Source: an uncultured candidate division Zixibacteria bacterium (GTDB taxonomy: Bacteria; Zixibacteria; MSB-5A5; GN15; FEB-12). From it: DNA of 64,000 nt. The position numbers were made by a program, and so were the translations under genes. The stretch is from assembly GCA_963806185.1 (NCBI GenBank), contig CAWDXE010000004.1, positions 64,001-128,000 on the forward strand, written 5' to 3'. Under the pieces are notes generated by a model. The model saw nothing but the letters and a program-made list of their open reading frames with translations, had not been told where the DNA came from and made no database searches. Below are positions 1 to 9,043 of this stretch, piece by piece (within the stretch, counting starts at the first letter, position 1; the number at the start of each line of letters is the position of its first letter).

Positions 1-590
1 TACTCGTCCGGCACTTCATGCGCGCCCAGAAAGGTCGGCACTATTTCGATCGGGTGGTGATATCCGATCTCTCGGATCACTTCCAGTTGTCTCAGTTCCG
101 ATTCGGTCGAAAGGCCATACCCCGACTTGGCTTCAATGGTCGTCGTTCCATGCGCCAGAAGGCGGTCCATCCGATGGAGCGCTTTTGCCATTAATTGCTC
201 CGCAGTCAACGCACGAAGGTCGCGCACTGATGCCCGTATGCCGCCTCCCGCCTGGGCAATCTCCATATACGTCTTGCCCTGCAGGCGCATTTCGAACTCT
301 TTTTCACGGGTCATCCCGAATACCGGGTGTGTGTGCGGATCGATAAATCCGGGCGTCACTACCGCGCCACCGGCGTCGATGACCGTGCAACCGTGGGCCA
401 GGGCCGTCTTTCCCGCGATATCGTCCGACGTTCCCACCGCCAGCACGTCTTCACCGGCGACGGCCACGCCACCGTTTTCGATGAGACCGAGATCGCTCAT
501 CTCGTGCCCCAGCCGAGGAATAGTTCCCGCCATCGTGACGAGTTGACCGATGTTCTTGATTATCAGTGTCGCTTTTTTGGCCGGTGACAT
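1..590 (-). CDS. hutI: Imidazolonepropionase (partial, runs off window start)
   Basis: Manual minus-strand translation from ATG at 590: MSPAKKATLIIKNIGQLVTM...TPGFIDPHTHPVFG..REKEFEMRLQGKTYMEIAQAGGGI...GTTTIEAKSGYGL...PTFLGAHEVP, typical HutI motifs; directly downstream of hutU. Confidence 0.95.
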   Translation of the reverse strand, partial: MSPAKKATLIIKNIGQLVTMAGTIPRLGHEMSDLGLIENGGVAVAGEDVLAVGTSDDIAGKTALAHGCTVIDAGGAVVTPGFIDPHTHPVFGMTREKEFEMRLQGKTYMEIAQAGGGIRASVRDLRALTAEQLMAKALHRMDRLLAHGTTTIEAKSGYGLSTESELRQLEVIREIGYHHPIEIVPTFLGAHEVPDE

Positions 591-614
591 ATCGTGTAGA
601 ATTCTTTGAAAGGG

Positions 615-2324
615 CTATACCGTCGTTGGAGTCAACTTCTTTCCCTTGACTCCTTCCTTGCGCGTGGGCGCCTTCTTCAGCATCGGAATGTCAACATCAT
701 GCTTGCGCGCGCAATTGATCGCATCCGGATACCCGGCGTCGACGTGGCGCATAATCCCCGTTCCCGGATCGTTCGTCAGCACCCGGTTCAGTCGTTCCGC
801 CATCTCTTTCGATCCGTCGGCCAGAATCACCATTCCCGCATGAATTGAATTGCCGATCCCAACGCCGCCGCCGTGGTGAATGGACACCCAACTCGCACCC
901 GAGACAGCGTTTAACATCCCGTTGAGCAGAGGCCAGTCGGCAATTGCATCTGATCCGTCAATCATTCCCTCGGTCTCCCGGTTGGGCGAAGCGACCGACC
1001 CACAGTCAAGGTGATCGCGCCCGATCACCATCGGCCCGCTGATCTTCCCCTTCTTGATGTAGGTATTGATGATATCGCCGAATTTCGCCCGCTCGCCATA
1101 GCCGAGCCAGCAGACCCGGGAGGGAAGACCCTGGAACGGCACCTTCTCGTGCGCCTTCTTAATCCAGCGCACCAACCCGCTGTTATAGGCAAATTCCTTA
1201 AGGATGATGTCGTCCGTCACATGGATATCAGCCGGATCCCCCGACAGTGCCGCCCACCGGAACGGTCCGCGCCCTTCGCAAAACAGCGGCCGAATATACT
1301 CCGGCACGAAGCCGGGGAAGGCGAATGCGTTGCGCAAGCCGCCGATTTCCGCCTGCCCGCGCAGGTTATTCCCGTAATCGAATACGATCGATCCCGCCTT
1401 GTGAAATTTGATCATCGCGTCGCAATGCTTGACCATCGACTCATACGCTCGCGTCATGTACGCTTTTGGATCACGCTTGCGCAGGTCCGCCGCCTCTTGA
1501 ACCGTCAGCCCCTCGGGGATATATCCGTTTAATTCATCGTGTGCTGAAGTCTGATCGGTCACGATATCCGGTATGATTCCTCTCCGGAAAATCTCCGGGA
1601 AAATATCCGCCGCATTCCCCACCAGCCCGATCGAAATCGGCGTTCCCAACTTGGACTGTTCCTTGATGAGCTTGAGCGCTTTGTCGAGCTGCTTCACTTT
1701 GACGTCGCAGTAACCGATCTTGAGCCGGCGATCGATGCGCGCCTCGTCCACTTCAACACACAGCACCGACGCTCCCGCCATCGTCCCGGCCAATGGCTGG
1801 GCGCCACCCATGCCGCCCATGCCGCCGGTCAGTATCCACCGTCCGGCCAGATCGCCGCCAAAGTGCTTGTCGCCGACCGCCGCAAACGTCTCGTATGTCC
1901 CCTGAATGATCCCCTGCGTGCCGATATATATCCAACTCCCCGCCGTCATTTGACCGTACATGATCAAGCCCAGTTTCTCGAGCTGGCGGAATTTTTCCCA
2001 CGTCGCCCAGCGGGGGACAAGATGAGAATTGGCGATGAGTACACGAGGTGAATGTTCGTGAGTGCGAAAGATTCCGACCGGTTTGCCCGACTGAATCAAC
2101 AACGTTTCGTCGTTTTTCAGGGACTTCAGCGACTTGACAATCGCCTCGTAGCACTCCCAGTTGCGGGCAGCTTTGCCCGAGCCGCCGTAGACAATCAGTT
2201 CTTTCGGTTTCTCGGCGACTTCGGCGTCTAAGTTATTGTTGAGCATGCGCAAAGCGGCTTCCTGATGCCACCCCTGGCATGACAATTTGAGCCCCCGTGC
2301 GGCGCTGACGGCTAACGGTTTCAT
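615..2324 (-). CDS. hutU: Urocanate hydratase
   Basis: [56 protein letters not shown] motifs; AAGGAG SD. Confidence 0.98.
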   Translation of the reverse strand: MKPLAVSAARGLKLSCQGWHQEAALRMLNNNLDAEVAEKPKELIVYGGSGKAARNWECYEAIVKSLKSLKNDETLLIQSGKPVGIFRTHEHSPRVLIANSHLVPRWATWEKFRQLEKLGLIMYGQMTAGSWIYIGTQGIIQGTYETFAAVGDKHFGGDLAGRWILTGGMGGMGGAQPLAGTMAGASVLCVEVDEARIDRRLKIGYCDVKVKQLDKALKLIKEQSKLGTPISIGLVGNAADIFPEIFRRGIIPDIVTDQTSAHDELNGYIPEGLTVQEAADLRKRDPKAYMTRAYESMVKHCDAMIKFHKAGSIVFDYGNNLRGQAEIGGLRNAFAFPGFVPEYIRPLFCEGRGPFRWAALSGDPADIHVTDDIILKEFAYNSGLVRWIKKAHEKVPFQGLPSRVCWLGYGERAKFGDIINTYIKKGKISGPMVIGRDHLDCGSVASPNRETEGMIDGSDAIADWPLLNGMLNAVSGASWVSIHHGGGVGIGNSIHAGMVILADGSKEMAERLNRVLTNDPGTGIMRHVDAGYPDAINCARKHDVDIPMLKKAPTRKEGVKGKKLTPTTV

Positions 2325-2348
2325 CGCAACTCCTTATAGCTGAAGCCG

Positions 2349-2377
2349 AATATACCCGCCCGCCAAGCGTTAGTCAA
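2349..2377 (-). promoter_or_regulatory. sigma70-type promoter of hutU-hutI
   Basis: Minus strand TTGACT-N17-TATATT upstream of AAGGAG SD. Confidence 0.65.
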
Positions 2378-2494
2378 ACAATGACTTTGGGAGGGGATTT
2401 CGAGGCGCTGAAATGATCCGGCACGCCATTTTTGAGAGAGTTGAATCGCGTGATCACCGTCGCCACGCCCGAAAACGTCAGTCTTGTGCAGGTT

Positions 2495-2574
2495 GCGTCA
2501 GGTCCTGCGACGCTTCTTAGCGGTGTGTGACCTGACGCCGCAGACAAGTAGGTCAGGCTCCCCGCGAGCCTGAC
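2495..2574. repeat. Two REP-like palindromes (GTCAGG...CCTGAC family)
   Basis: GCGTCAGGTC...GACCTGACGC (2495-2538) and GTAG-GTCAGGCTC-cccgc-GAGCCTGAC (2548-2574); related copies at 3684-3893, 46436-46517, 52028-52063. Confidence 0.75.
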
Positions 2575-2589
2575 AGCAAGTTCGCCCGC

Positions 2590-3600
2590 CTACTCACCCG
2601 CAATATACTCTTTCAACCAGAGCCGTTCAGAATACTGATGCGTAGGAGCAAGCGGCGAATCGTCTCCATACTGCATAAACACAAACCCGATACCCGGTTT
2701 CAGAATCTGCCATTCTCTCCACCAGGGCGAATCGGCCCGATATTCATACAGGCCGGTAAAGGTGCCCGCCTCGGTCACGACTGATGTGTCGATCGCCTTG
2801 ACCGATCGCTCAAACATCAGGTCGCCTTCGAATAATGCCCGGTATACAATGGAATCCGCGCCGGGGCGGATCAACTCCATCGATTCAAACCCCTGCGGCC
2901 AGCCGATCTCGCCGACCAACTCGGTCGCCTGCCGACTGAACATCGAGTCGCCCCGCGCCATGACATCGTAGTTGAACGGCCGGAACCAGCGGGCAAAGCG
3001 ACCCCAGTGACCGAATGCGTCGAAGTATTCGCCGACAATTTCCACCGTATCGAGTCTTACCGCGATGGATATGCCGTCCCGAAACAGGGTATCATAGTAG
3101 ATCCAGCGATCTCCCGTCGCACTGGGGAAAAAGCCCACGTCGTCATGGTATGGAGTCGTCGCGCGGGAAATTCGTATTTTCGCCACCAACTCGGAATCGG
3201 GTGGTGCAACCAGAATCGACGCCGGCAGGGGGCTGAACTGCAGTATCTGGAATTGATAATCGCCGATTGTCGCCGGCTTGCCGTAGAAGCGGATCCCGCC
3301 GCTGTCGGTGATTTCTCCCGAAATGGTCAAATGTAAATTTCGCCGGTCGGGTTCAATAGCGACGTTTATCTCGGCCGTGTTGTGCCAGAACGACGCTGTC
3401 TCGCCGTGGGGCAAACGACGGTCGTACAAAAGACTGTCCATTGTCAAGGTGATGCTAGTCCCCGGCACCTGCACCTTTTCACCAATCGTGAGAGTGATCG
3501 TGGTATCGACAAACGGCGTGGATGTTAGCAACGGAGCCGTAGTTTCTTCACAAGAGACAAGAAACAGACTCATAATCAGGATAAGAATGAAGCGTGACAT
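2590..3600 (-). CDS. Hypothetical lipoprotein
   Basis: Likely start MSRFILILIMSLFLVSC (lipobox) after GGAGG SD and TTGCAT-N17-TAGATT promoter; C-terminal half with FFP..TGDRWIY and VVTEAGTF...PGIGFV beta-rich motifs. Confidence 0.7.
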   Translation of the reverse strand: MSRFILILIMSLFLVSCEETTAPLLTSTPFVDTTITLTIGEKVQVPGTSITLTMDSLLYDRRLPHGETASFWHNTAEINVAIEPDRRNLHLTISGEITDSGGIRFYGKPATIGDYQFQILQFSPLPASILVAPPDSELVAKIRISRATTPYHDDVGFFPSATGDRWIYYDTLFRDGISIAVRLDTVEIVGEYFDAFGHWGRFARWFRPFNYDVMARGDSMFSRQATELVGEIGWPQGFESMELIRPGADSIVYRALFEGDLMFERSVKAIDTSVVTEAGTFTGLYEYRADSPWWREWQILKPGIGFVFMQYGDDSPLAPTHQYSERLWLKEYIAGE

Positions 3601-3683
3601 GTGGAGACCTCCGAATATCCATAATCTACTTCCGGGTTTCGGATCATGCAACACCGAAGAAACTCCCACCCCGGCCCCGGATG

Positions 3684-3893
3684 GTAGGTCAGGCTCACTG
3701 CGAGGCGGGCAATTCGTACGAACGAGACGAGTGACTCGACACTCTGACTGTGTTAGACCACCCGATCTTCGTAGGGTCCAAGCCTGATCCATTGATTAAG
3801 CCTGGCCCCGGCATAATACCGTCAGACTGTAACGAATGTCCTGACACAACTTGTAACGGAAGTAATGATACTCTACAGCCCTGAGAGCCTGAC
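3684..3893. mobile_element. REP-like palindrome interrupted by a ~185-bp insert with an IS-end-like segment
   Basis: Left arm GTAG-GTCAGGCTC (3684-3696) and right arm GAGCCTGAC (3885-3893) match the intact REP at 2548; insert ends with two TGTAACG repeats and ...TACA (IS481-like terminus, by recall). Confidence 0.45.
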
Positions 3894-3900
3894 AATGGGT

Positions 3901-4455
3901 TCAATCCAGCTTCACCGCTACCCGCTTCGACTGTCCGCAATACTCCGCCTTCAGGAAATAATTCCCCGCGGCCAGCCGAGAGGACCGGCTCGACGGTGAC
4001 AAGGTCAGCTTGTAATACCCTGGCGACAACTCGCTGTTGAAAAGGTGCATCAACAGTGTCCCCCGGTTATCCGTCAGATTTATCTTCGCCGGACAATTGG
4101 TCGAGGTTACTCGAAATGAGATCGACGGTGTCTGATAGGTACTGCGTTCTTTTAGCGACACTTCAATGGAGTCGATCCGATCCGCCGCAATCAACTGCAT
4201 GAGTGTATCCGCCGCCACGATCCTTGGATCTACCCAGACCAGTTCGTACACGCCGGCAGGGCGCTGAGGCAACTGCCGCGGTGGCTGTTCCGGTTCTACA
4301 GGCTGCTTTGGCTGCGTCTGAGGCTCAAACACGACGGCGACCGGTTCTGACGGTGCGGCCGGCTCTTCTTTTGGTTTCGGAGGTCCGCCGCACGAAACAA
4401 GGACAGCGACAGTCGCAATTACCGGTATGCAAATACTGAATTTTCGAATGTTCAT
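3901..4455 (-). CDS. Hypothetical lipoprotein with C-terminal FlgD/T9SS-CTD-like Ig domain
   Basis: Lipobox VLVSC, Pro/Gln-rich linker, C-terminus ISFRV...INLTDNRGTLL..L...ELSPGYY...LAAGNYFLK. Confidence 0.7.
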   Translation of the reverse strand: MNIRKFSICIPVIATVAVLVSCGGPPKPKEEPAAPSEPVAVVFEPQTQPKQPVEPEQPPRQLPQRPAGVYELVWVDPRIVAADTLMQLIAADRIDSIEVSLKERSTYQTPSISFRVTSTNCPAKINLTDNRGTLLMHLFNSELSPGYYKLTLSPSSRSSRLAAGNYFLKAEYCGQSKRVAVKLD

Positions 4456-4461
4456 ACGCCA

Positions 4462-4490
4462 ATTATACCCTCAGCCCACGCGCCGGACAA
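4462..4490 (-). promoter_or_regulatory. sigma70 promoter, apparently leaderless
   Basis: TTGTCC-N17-TATAAT followed 6 nt later by the ATG at 4455; no room for an SD. Confidence 0.7.
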
Positions 4491-4503
4491 GATCCCCCGA
4501 TAG

Positions 4504-4540
4504 AAAAAGTCAGGATTCCGGACCAACCGGAATCCTGATT
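4504..4540 (-). terminator. Intrinsic terminator after ABC exporter genes
   Basis: 12-bp perfect stem TCAGGATTCCGG/CCGGAATCCTGA followed by TTTTTCT on minus strand. Confidence 0.8.
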
Positions 4541-4551
4541 ATAGAGTCAAA

Positions 4552-6345
4552 TCATCCCACTTCTTCTTCGAGCTGGTACCGCTTGTAGATACGAGCATAG
4601 TGCCCGCCTCTCGCCATCAGGTCATAATGACGGCCCGATTCGACCACTTGCCCGTTGTCCAGCACATGAATCATGTCGGCCCGCTCCAGCGTATCCGGAC
4701 GGTGCGTAATCAGCACCGCCGTCATCTCCGGCATGACTTCGTGTAGACGTTCCCACAGCGCCGCCTCGGTGCGCGAATCGAGCGCCGAGGTACAGTCGTC
4801 GAGAATCAATATCTTCGGCTTGCCAACCAAAGCGCGCGCCAGCGCCAGACGCTGCTTCTGGCCGCCGGAAATTGACATTCCCCGCGTCCCAATGGCTGTT
4901 TCCAACCCCTTGGGAAAAGTCGCTATCTCATTCTTTAGCTGCGCGACTTCAATCGCCCATTCCATCACGGAATCGGAAATCTCCTCGCGGCCGAACCGTA
5001 TATTGTTACGCACGGTATCCGAAAACAACACCGGCTCCTGCGGTACATACCCGATGTTGGCCCGGAGATCTTCCAACTTGAACTGCCGCAAATCATGACC
5101 GTCCAGTTTGATCACCCCGCCGCTGGGATCGACCAGCCGAGGGATCAGGTTCACCAGCCAGCTCTTGCCTGATCCCACCCGTCCGACCAGCGCCACCGTC
5201 TGACCCGATTCAACCTCAAAGCTGACATCACTGAGAATCCTGCGTTCTGAATTCGGAAACCCAAACGATACCTTCTCAAACGTCAGCCGCCCCTTGATCG
5301 AACCGTTGCCGCGCCGAGGCCCGGAATCAACCACCATCGGCGGCATTTTCTCCAGTTCCACCAGACGGTCAATCGATACTGCCGACTGTCGCGATTTCAC
5401 CAGAAACTGCCCGATATCGAACATGGGGAAGACCAGGTAGACGACGTAATACACAAATGCCACCAGCTTGCCCAGCGACAGCTGCGACTGAATCACCATG
5501 TACCCGCCGGCTAATAGCACGATGACGATCCCGAACTGCCAGACGTACCCGTACATTGACTCCACCACCGACATGACCTTGATCGTATCGATCTCCGCCT
5601 TGCGCCGATCCTCTGCCGCCTGCGCGAACCGCGTCTTTTGCGCCTGTTCCCGCACGTATGCCTTGATCACCCGTATCCCCGAATAGCAGGCTTCCATGAC
5701 GTCGTTAAACCGCGATATCCGCGTTTGCAGATGATCATACCGCTTGTCAAGAAGTGTCGAGCTGTTGAAAAACACTAAGATCAATATCGGCAGCGGCCCG
5801 GCCGCCCAGAGTGTCAACCACGGGTCGATCGTCAACATCATTACCACCGTGAACACGACGAATAACATTGCCTCGTAGAATCGAAAGATCCCCGAACAGG
5901 CAAACCAGGACAGCTTTTCCGCCACGTCGTCGGTCATACGGGTCACCAGATCGCCGGTCCGGAATTTCGCAAAGAAATCCGGCCCTTTGGTGGTCACATT
6001 TTCAAACGCCTGTTGGCGAAAATGCCATTCGAACCGGCAGTTCATCCAGGTCCGATGCCCCTGAACAAATGCGTACAAGACCGATGAAATCAACGCCACT
6101 AGCGCCACCGTCAGTGCCAGCGTCGCTGCCGCCGACAGTCCGTAGCCGTCGCCCAGAGCGATCAACCACCGGGCCACCACGTTTTCCGACACGGTGCCTG
6201 ACTTTACGTAGTCGACGGCAAATTCAATGAGTCGCGGTATCGTGACCTGCAACGCCGCTTGTAGCGGCGTGAACAGGATCAGGATGAGCAGTACGTAGCG
6301 ATACTGTCTATAGTATTCCCAGAACCAGATTATCTTCTCACGCAT
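4552..6345 (-). CDS. ABC exporter permease/ATPase subunit (MdlA/BmrC-like, degenerate Walker B)
   Basis: TMD plus NBD; GRVGSGKS, ISGGQKQR, ILILDD; start MREKIIWF overlaps upstream gene stop. Confidence 0.92.
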   Translation of the reverse strand: MREKIIWFWEYYRQYRYVLLILILFTPLQAALQVTIPRLIEFAVDYVKSGTVSENVVARWLIALGDGYGLSAAATLALTVALVALISSVLYAFVQGHRTWMNCRFEWHFRQQAFENVTTKGPDFFAKFRTGDLVTRMTDDVAEKLSWFACSGIFRFYEAMLFVVFTVVMMLTIDPWLTLWAAGPLPILILVFFNSSTLLDKRYDHLQTRISRFNDVMEACYSGIRVIKAYVREQAQKTRFAQAAEDRRKAEIDTIKVMSVVESMYGYVWQFGIVIVLLAGGYMVIQSQLSLGKLVAFVYYVVYLVFPMFDIGQFLVKSRQSAVSIDRLVELEKMPPMVVDSGPRRGNGSIKGRLTFEKVSFGFPNSERRILSDVSFEVESGQTVALVGRVGSGKSWLVNLIPRLVDPSGGVIKLDGHDLRQFKLEDLRANIGYVPQEPVLFSDTVRNNIRFGREEISDSVMEWAIEVAQLKNEIATFPKGLETAIGTRGMSISGGQKQRLALARALVGKPKILILDDCTSALDSRTEAALWERLHEVMPEMTAVLITHRPDTLERADMIHVLDNGQVVESGRHYDLMARGGHYARIYKRYQLEEEVG

Positions 6346-8146
6346 TGTTTGCAGCTCCTGAGCGATTCTTAAACTGCAGATGGAACAACTTCGAGTAGTA
6401 CCCATCGGCCAGAATCAGCTCGGTATGTGTTCCTCGTTCAATGATCTCGCCGCGCCGGATGACCAGTATCTGGTCAACGTCGAGAATCGTCGACAACCGG
6501 TGCGCGATCACCAGCGAAGTCCGCCCCCGCCACAACATTTTGAGCGACGCCTGTATCGTCCGTTCCGTCTCCGGATCGACCGACGATGTTGCTTCGTCCA
6601 GCAAGAGCACGTCCGGATTCTTCACCAGCGCTCGGGCAAATGACAATAACTGCCGTTCGCCGCGACTGAAATTCGCCCCCTTCTCCGAGACCTCCGTCTG
6701 ATACTGGGACGGCAGCCTCTGGATGAAGCGATCCGCTTCCACCTGGCGGGAGGCCTCCAGCACCATGTCACTCGATACTTCTTCAGCGTCGAGCGAAATA
6801 TTGCTTGCGACGTGGCCGGGGAAGAGGATGATATCCTGCAGCACCAACGCAAACCGCTTGCGCAGGTCAGCCTGTGAAATCTCGCGGACATCGATGCCGT
6901 CGACCGTGATTCGCCCCTTCTGCGGATCATACATCCGCAAAAGCAGTGAAATCACCGAGGTCTTCCCACCGCCGGTCACCCCTACCAGTGCCACGCGCTT
7001 GCCAACCGGAATCTCGAAGGTGACGTCCTTCAACGCGTAGTTCTCGTCATTGGTGTAAGAAAACCAGACGTTTTCGAACCGAATCCCCTGTTCCAGCCTG
7101 GCCCACCGTCTGGGGGCAACAGTCTCAATGATCGTTGGCCTCTCCGAAAGCAATGCGAATATCCGTTTGCCGCCCGCTAGTCCCTTCTGAATGGTGCCAA
7201 GTTGCTCCGATGCTCGATGGATCGGCTCAAACGACCGCCAGATCAGGATGATGAACATGCTGATCGTGCCAACCGTCACCGAACCGTCGGCAATCCAAAG
7301 CGCCCCGAAAAACAGCACCCCGGCCATCCCCCAGTACTGAACCATTGACACGGCATTGAACAGGACCACCGACGCCATGTGGCCGTACATTTCAGCTTTG
7401 AATTTCTGATGGCTCGCCTCGTTCACTCTTCCCTGAGCATACTTGGCCCGATGAAAGATCTGCACGATCGACATGCCATAAAGGAATTCCGTAAGCGATG
7501 CCGTCACCTCCGCCATCCTCTTGCGTACCTCGAGCCAGCGCGGCTCGGTCAGCCGTACGTAGAAATAGATCATCGTTATGATGACCGGCCCCATGAAGGT
7601 GACTATCAACGCCAGTCGCCAGCTGTACCAGAACATGACCGCTAGTATGCCCGATACAAGCAAGACGTCGCCTACTATCATTACCACCGTGTTGGTGAAT
7701 AGCATGCGCAGCGCTTCGGTGTCCGATTCGACTCGCGCCATCAGGCGTCCGACCGGGTTCTTATCGAAAAATGAAACATCCAGCGATAGAATATGGTCGA
7801 ACATCCGCTCCTTTAGATCGATCATCACATCCTGCCCGATCCGCTCCAGTTTGATCCGCTGTACGTATTGCAGCACCAGCGTCAGGATCTGGATCAGCGC
7901 GATGATTACCACGGTCAGCGCCAGCCCATTCATGTCCTTGTTGGCGATATCAACGTCCATGGCTCGCTTCAACAGCACGGGCCAGTAGAGTGATCCGATC
8001 GTGGCTACCGCCAGAATGACAAGGCAATAGATCAACCCCAATCGGTGCTTGGCCAGATAGGGCCACAAGCCCCGGAACGCCACGCGCATTGAAACTGCCT
8101 GTTGGTCTGTTCCGCTCTTCTCGTCTTCGAAAAATTGACTACTCAT
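6338..8146 (-). CDS. ABC exporter permease/ATPase subunit (MdlB/BmrD-like)
   Basis: TMD plus NBD; GVTGGGKT, degenerate signature FSRGERQL, LLLDEATS; likely start MSSQFFED. Confidence 0.92.
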   Translation of the reverse strand: MSSQFFEDEKSGTDQQAVSMRVAFRGLWPYLAKHRLGLIYCLVILAVATIGSLYWPVLLKRAMDVDIANKDMNGLALTVVIIALIQILTLVLQYVQRIKLERIGQDVMIDLKERMFDHILSLDVSFFDKNPVGRLMARVESDTEALRMLFTNTVVMIVGDVLLVSGILAVMFWYSWRLALIVTFMGPVIITMIYFYVRLTEPRWLEVRKRMAEVTASLTEFLYGMSIVQIFHRAKYAQGRVNEASHQKFKAEMYGHMASVVLFNAVSMVQYWGMAGVLFFGALWIADGSVTVGTISMFIILIWRSFEPIHRASEQLGTIQKGLAGGKRIFALLSERPTIIETVAPRRWARLEQGIRFENVWFSYTNDENYALKDVTFEIPVGKRVALVGVTGGGKTSVISLLLRMYDPQKGRITVDGIDVREISQADLRKRFALVLQDIILFPGHVASNISLDAEEVSSDMVLEASRQVEADRFIQRLPSQYQTEVSEKGANFSRGERQLLSFARALVKNPDVLLLDEATSSVDPETERTIQASLKMLWRGRTSLVIAHRLSTILDVDQILVIRRGEIIERGTHTELILADGYYSKLFHLQFKNRSGAANNA

Positions 8147-8201
8147 TGTTGTCGTGCTCGATTTTCCTGGTTTCGCACGGCGCCGCCGCAATGGCCTGCC
8201 C

Positions 8202-8239
8202 AAAAACGAAAACGCCGCACCCGATTCCCGGTTACGGCG
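8202..8239 (-). terminator. Leader (attenuator-type) intrinsic terminator upstream of ABC exporter
   Basis: Minus strand CGCCGTAACCG-GGAAT-CGGGTGCGGCG then TTTTCGTTTTT, about 55 nt before the exporter start. Confidence 0.7.
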
Positions 8240-8262
8240 GTAGAAGCCTATGTATCTTGAGG

Positions 8263-8340
8263 TTACCTCACAGACAGACCTCGCCCGCCGATGGTCCCAT
8301 TGGGGACATTGACCGTGTATACTTTCGCGAGGCTATTCAT
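8263..8340 (-). CDS. Putative 25-aa leader peptide MNSLAKVYTVNVPNGTIGGRGLSVR
   Basis: Manual translation; GAGGT SD upstream; stop lies 23 nt before the terminator hairpin. Confidence 0.55.
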   Translation of the reverse strand: MNSLAKVYTVNVPNGTIGGRGLSVR

Positions 8341-8606
8341 CGAACGGTTACCTCAAGTTTAGAGAACTGACTTGTTTCCCGCATCTACGCACTTTTCTCG
8401 AAACAAGTTTCATTATTGGTACCGTTTTTAGCTGGCGTTGTCAAGCCCCCTAACCTATTTTAAACACTGCAAAGCACACAAATTTTATCTCCGGGCTGCG
8501 ATAATTGGTGAACTGGGGCTCACAACCTCTTTCACGTCGCATGAATTGAACTCGCTGGCTGCATTGCCGGGGTCGACCCTGTACCCCGGATGCGGGGAAC
8601 GGATGT

Positions 8607-8978
8607 ATGGCAGTAGTTCTGGTTGTCGACGATGAGGCGATGATCCGTGGCCTGGCCGAGAAAGTCCTGAAAAAGGGCGGCCATTCGGTAGTCATGGCTG
8701 AAAACGGCGAAGATGCCATCGCTGTGTTTTCAGAGCAAGGGGGAGCCTTCTCCATCGTTGTCCTCGATTTTTCGCTCCCCGGCATCTCCGGCACTGATCT
8801 GCTCCGAAAGCTCCGCGCCATCCGCCCGGACATTCCTTGCATCTTCTCCTCAGGTTTTCCCATGACGATGGCAGACGTACCCGAAGACATTCGCTCGGAA
8901 ACCTCGTTCCTGCAGAAGCCTTATCGATCCGGCGAATTGCTCGATGCGGTCAGACAATCGTTGACGCCGGCCGGCTAA
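8607..8978 (+). CDS. Single-domain response regulator (receiver)
   Basis: VLVVDDE, VVLDFSLPG, FSSG, FLQKPY. Confidence 0.92.
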   Translation: MAVVLVVDDEAMIRGLAEKVLKKGGHSVVMAENGEDAIAVFSEQGGAFSIVVLDFSLPGISGTDLLRKLRAIRPDIPCIFSSGFPMTMADVPEDIRSETSFLQKPYRSGELLDAVRQSLTPAG

Positions 8979-9043
8979 TCCTCGCCGCCCCACCAAATAT
9001 TCTCTTTTGCAGCCTCCGGCAATTGGCTACATTCCCCCAGCAT

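Noticed and set aside
2495..2574. CRISPR array
   Set aside because: The palindromes are not regularly spaced direct repeats with spacers, and there are no cas genes in the window
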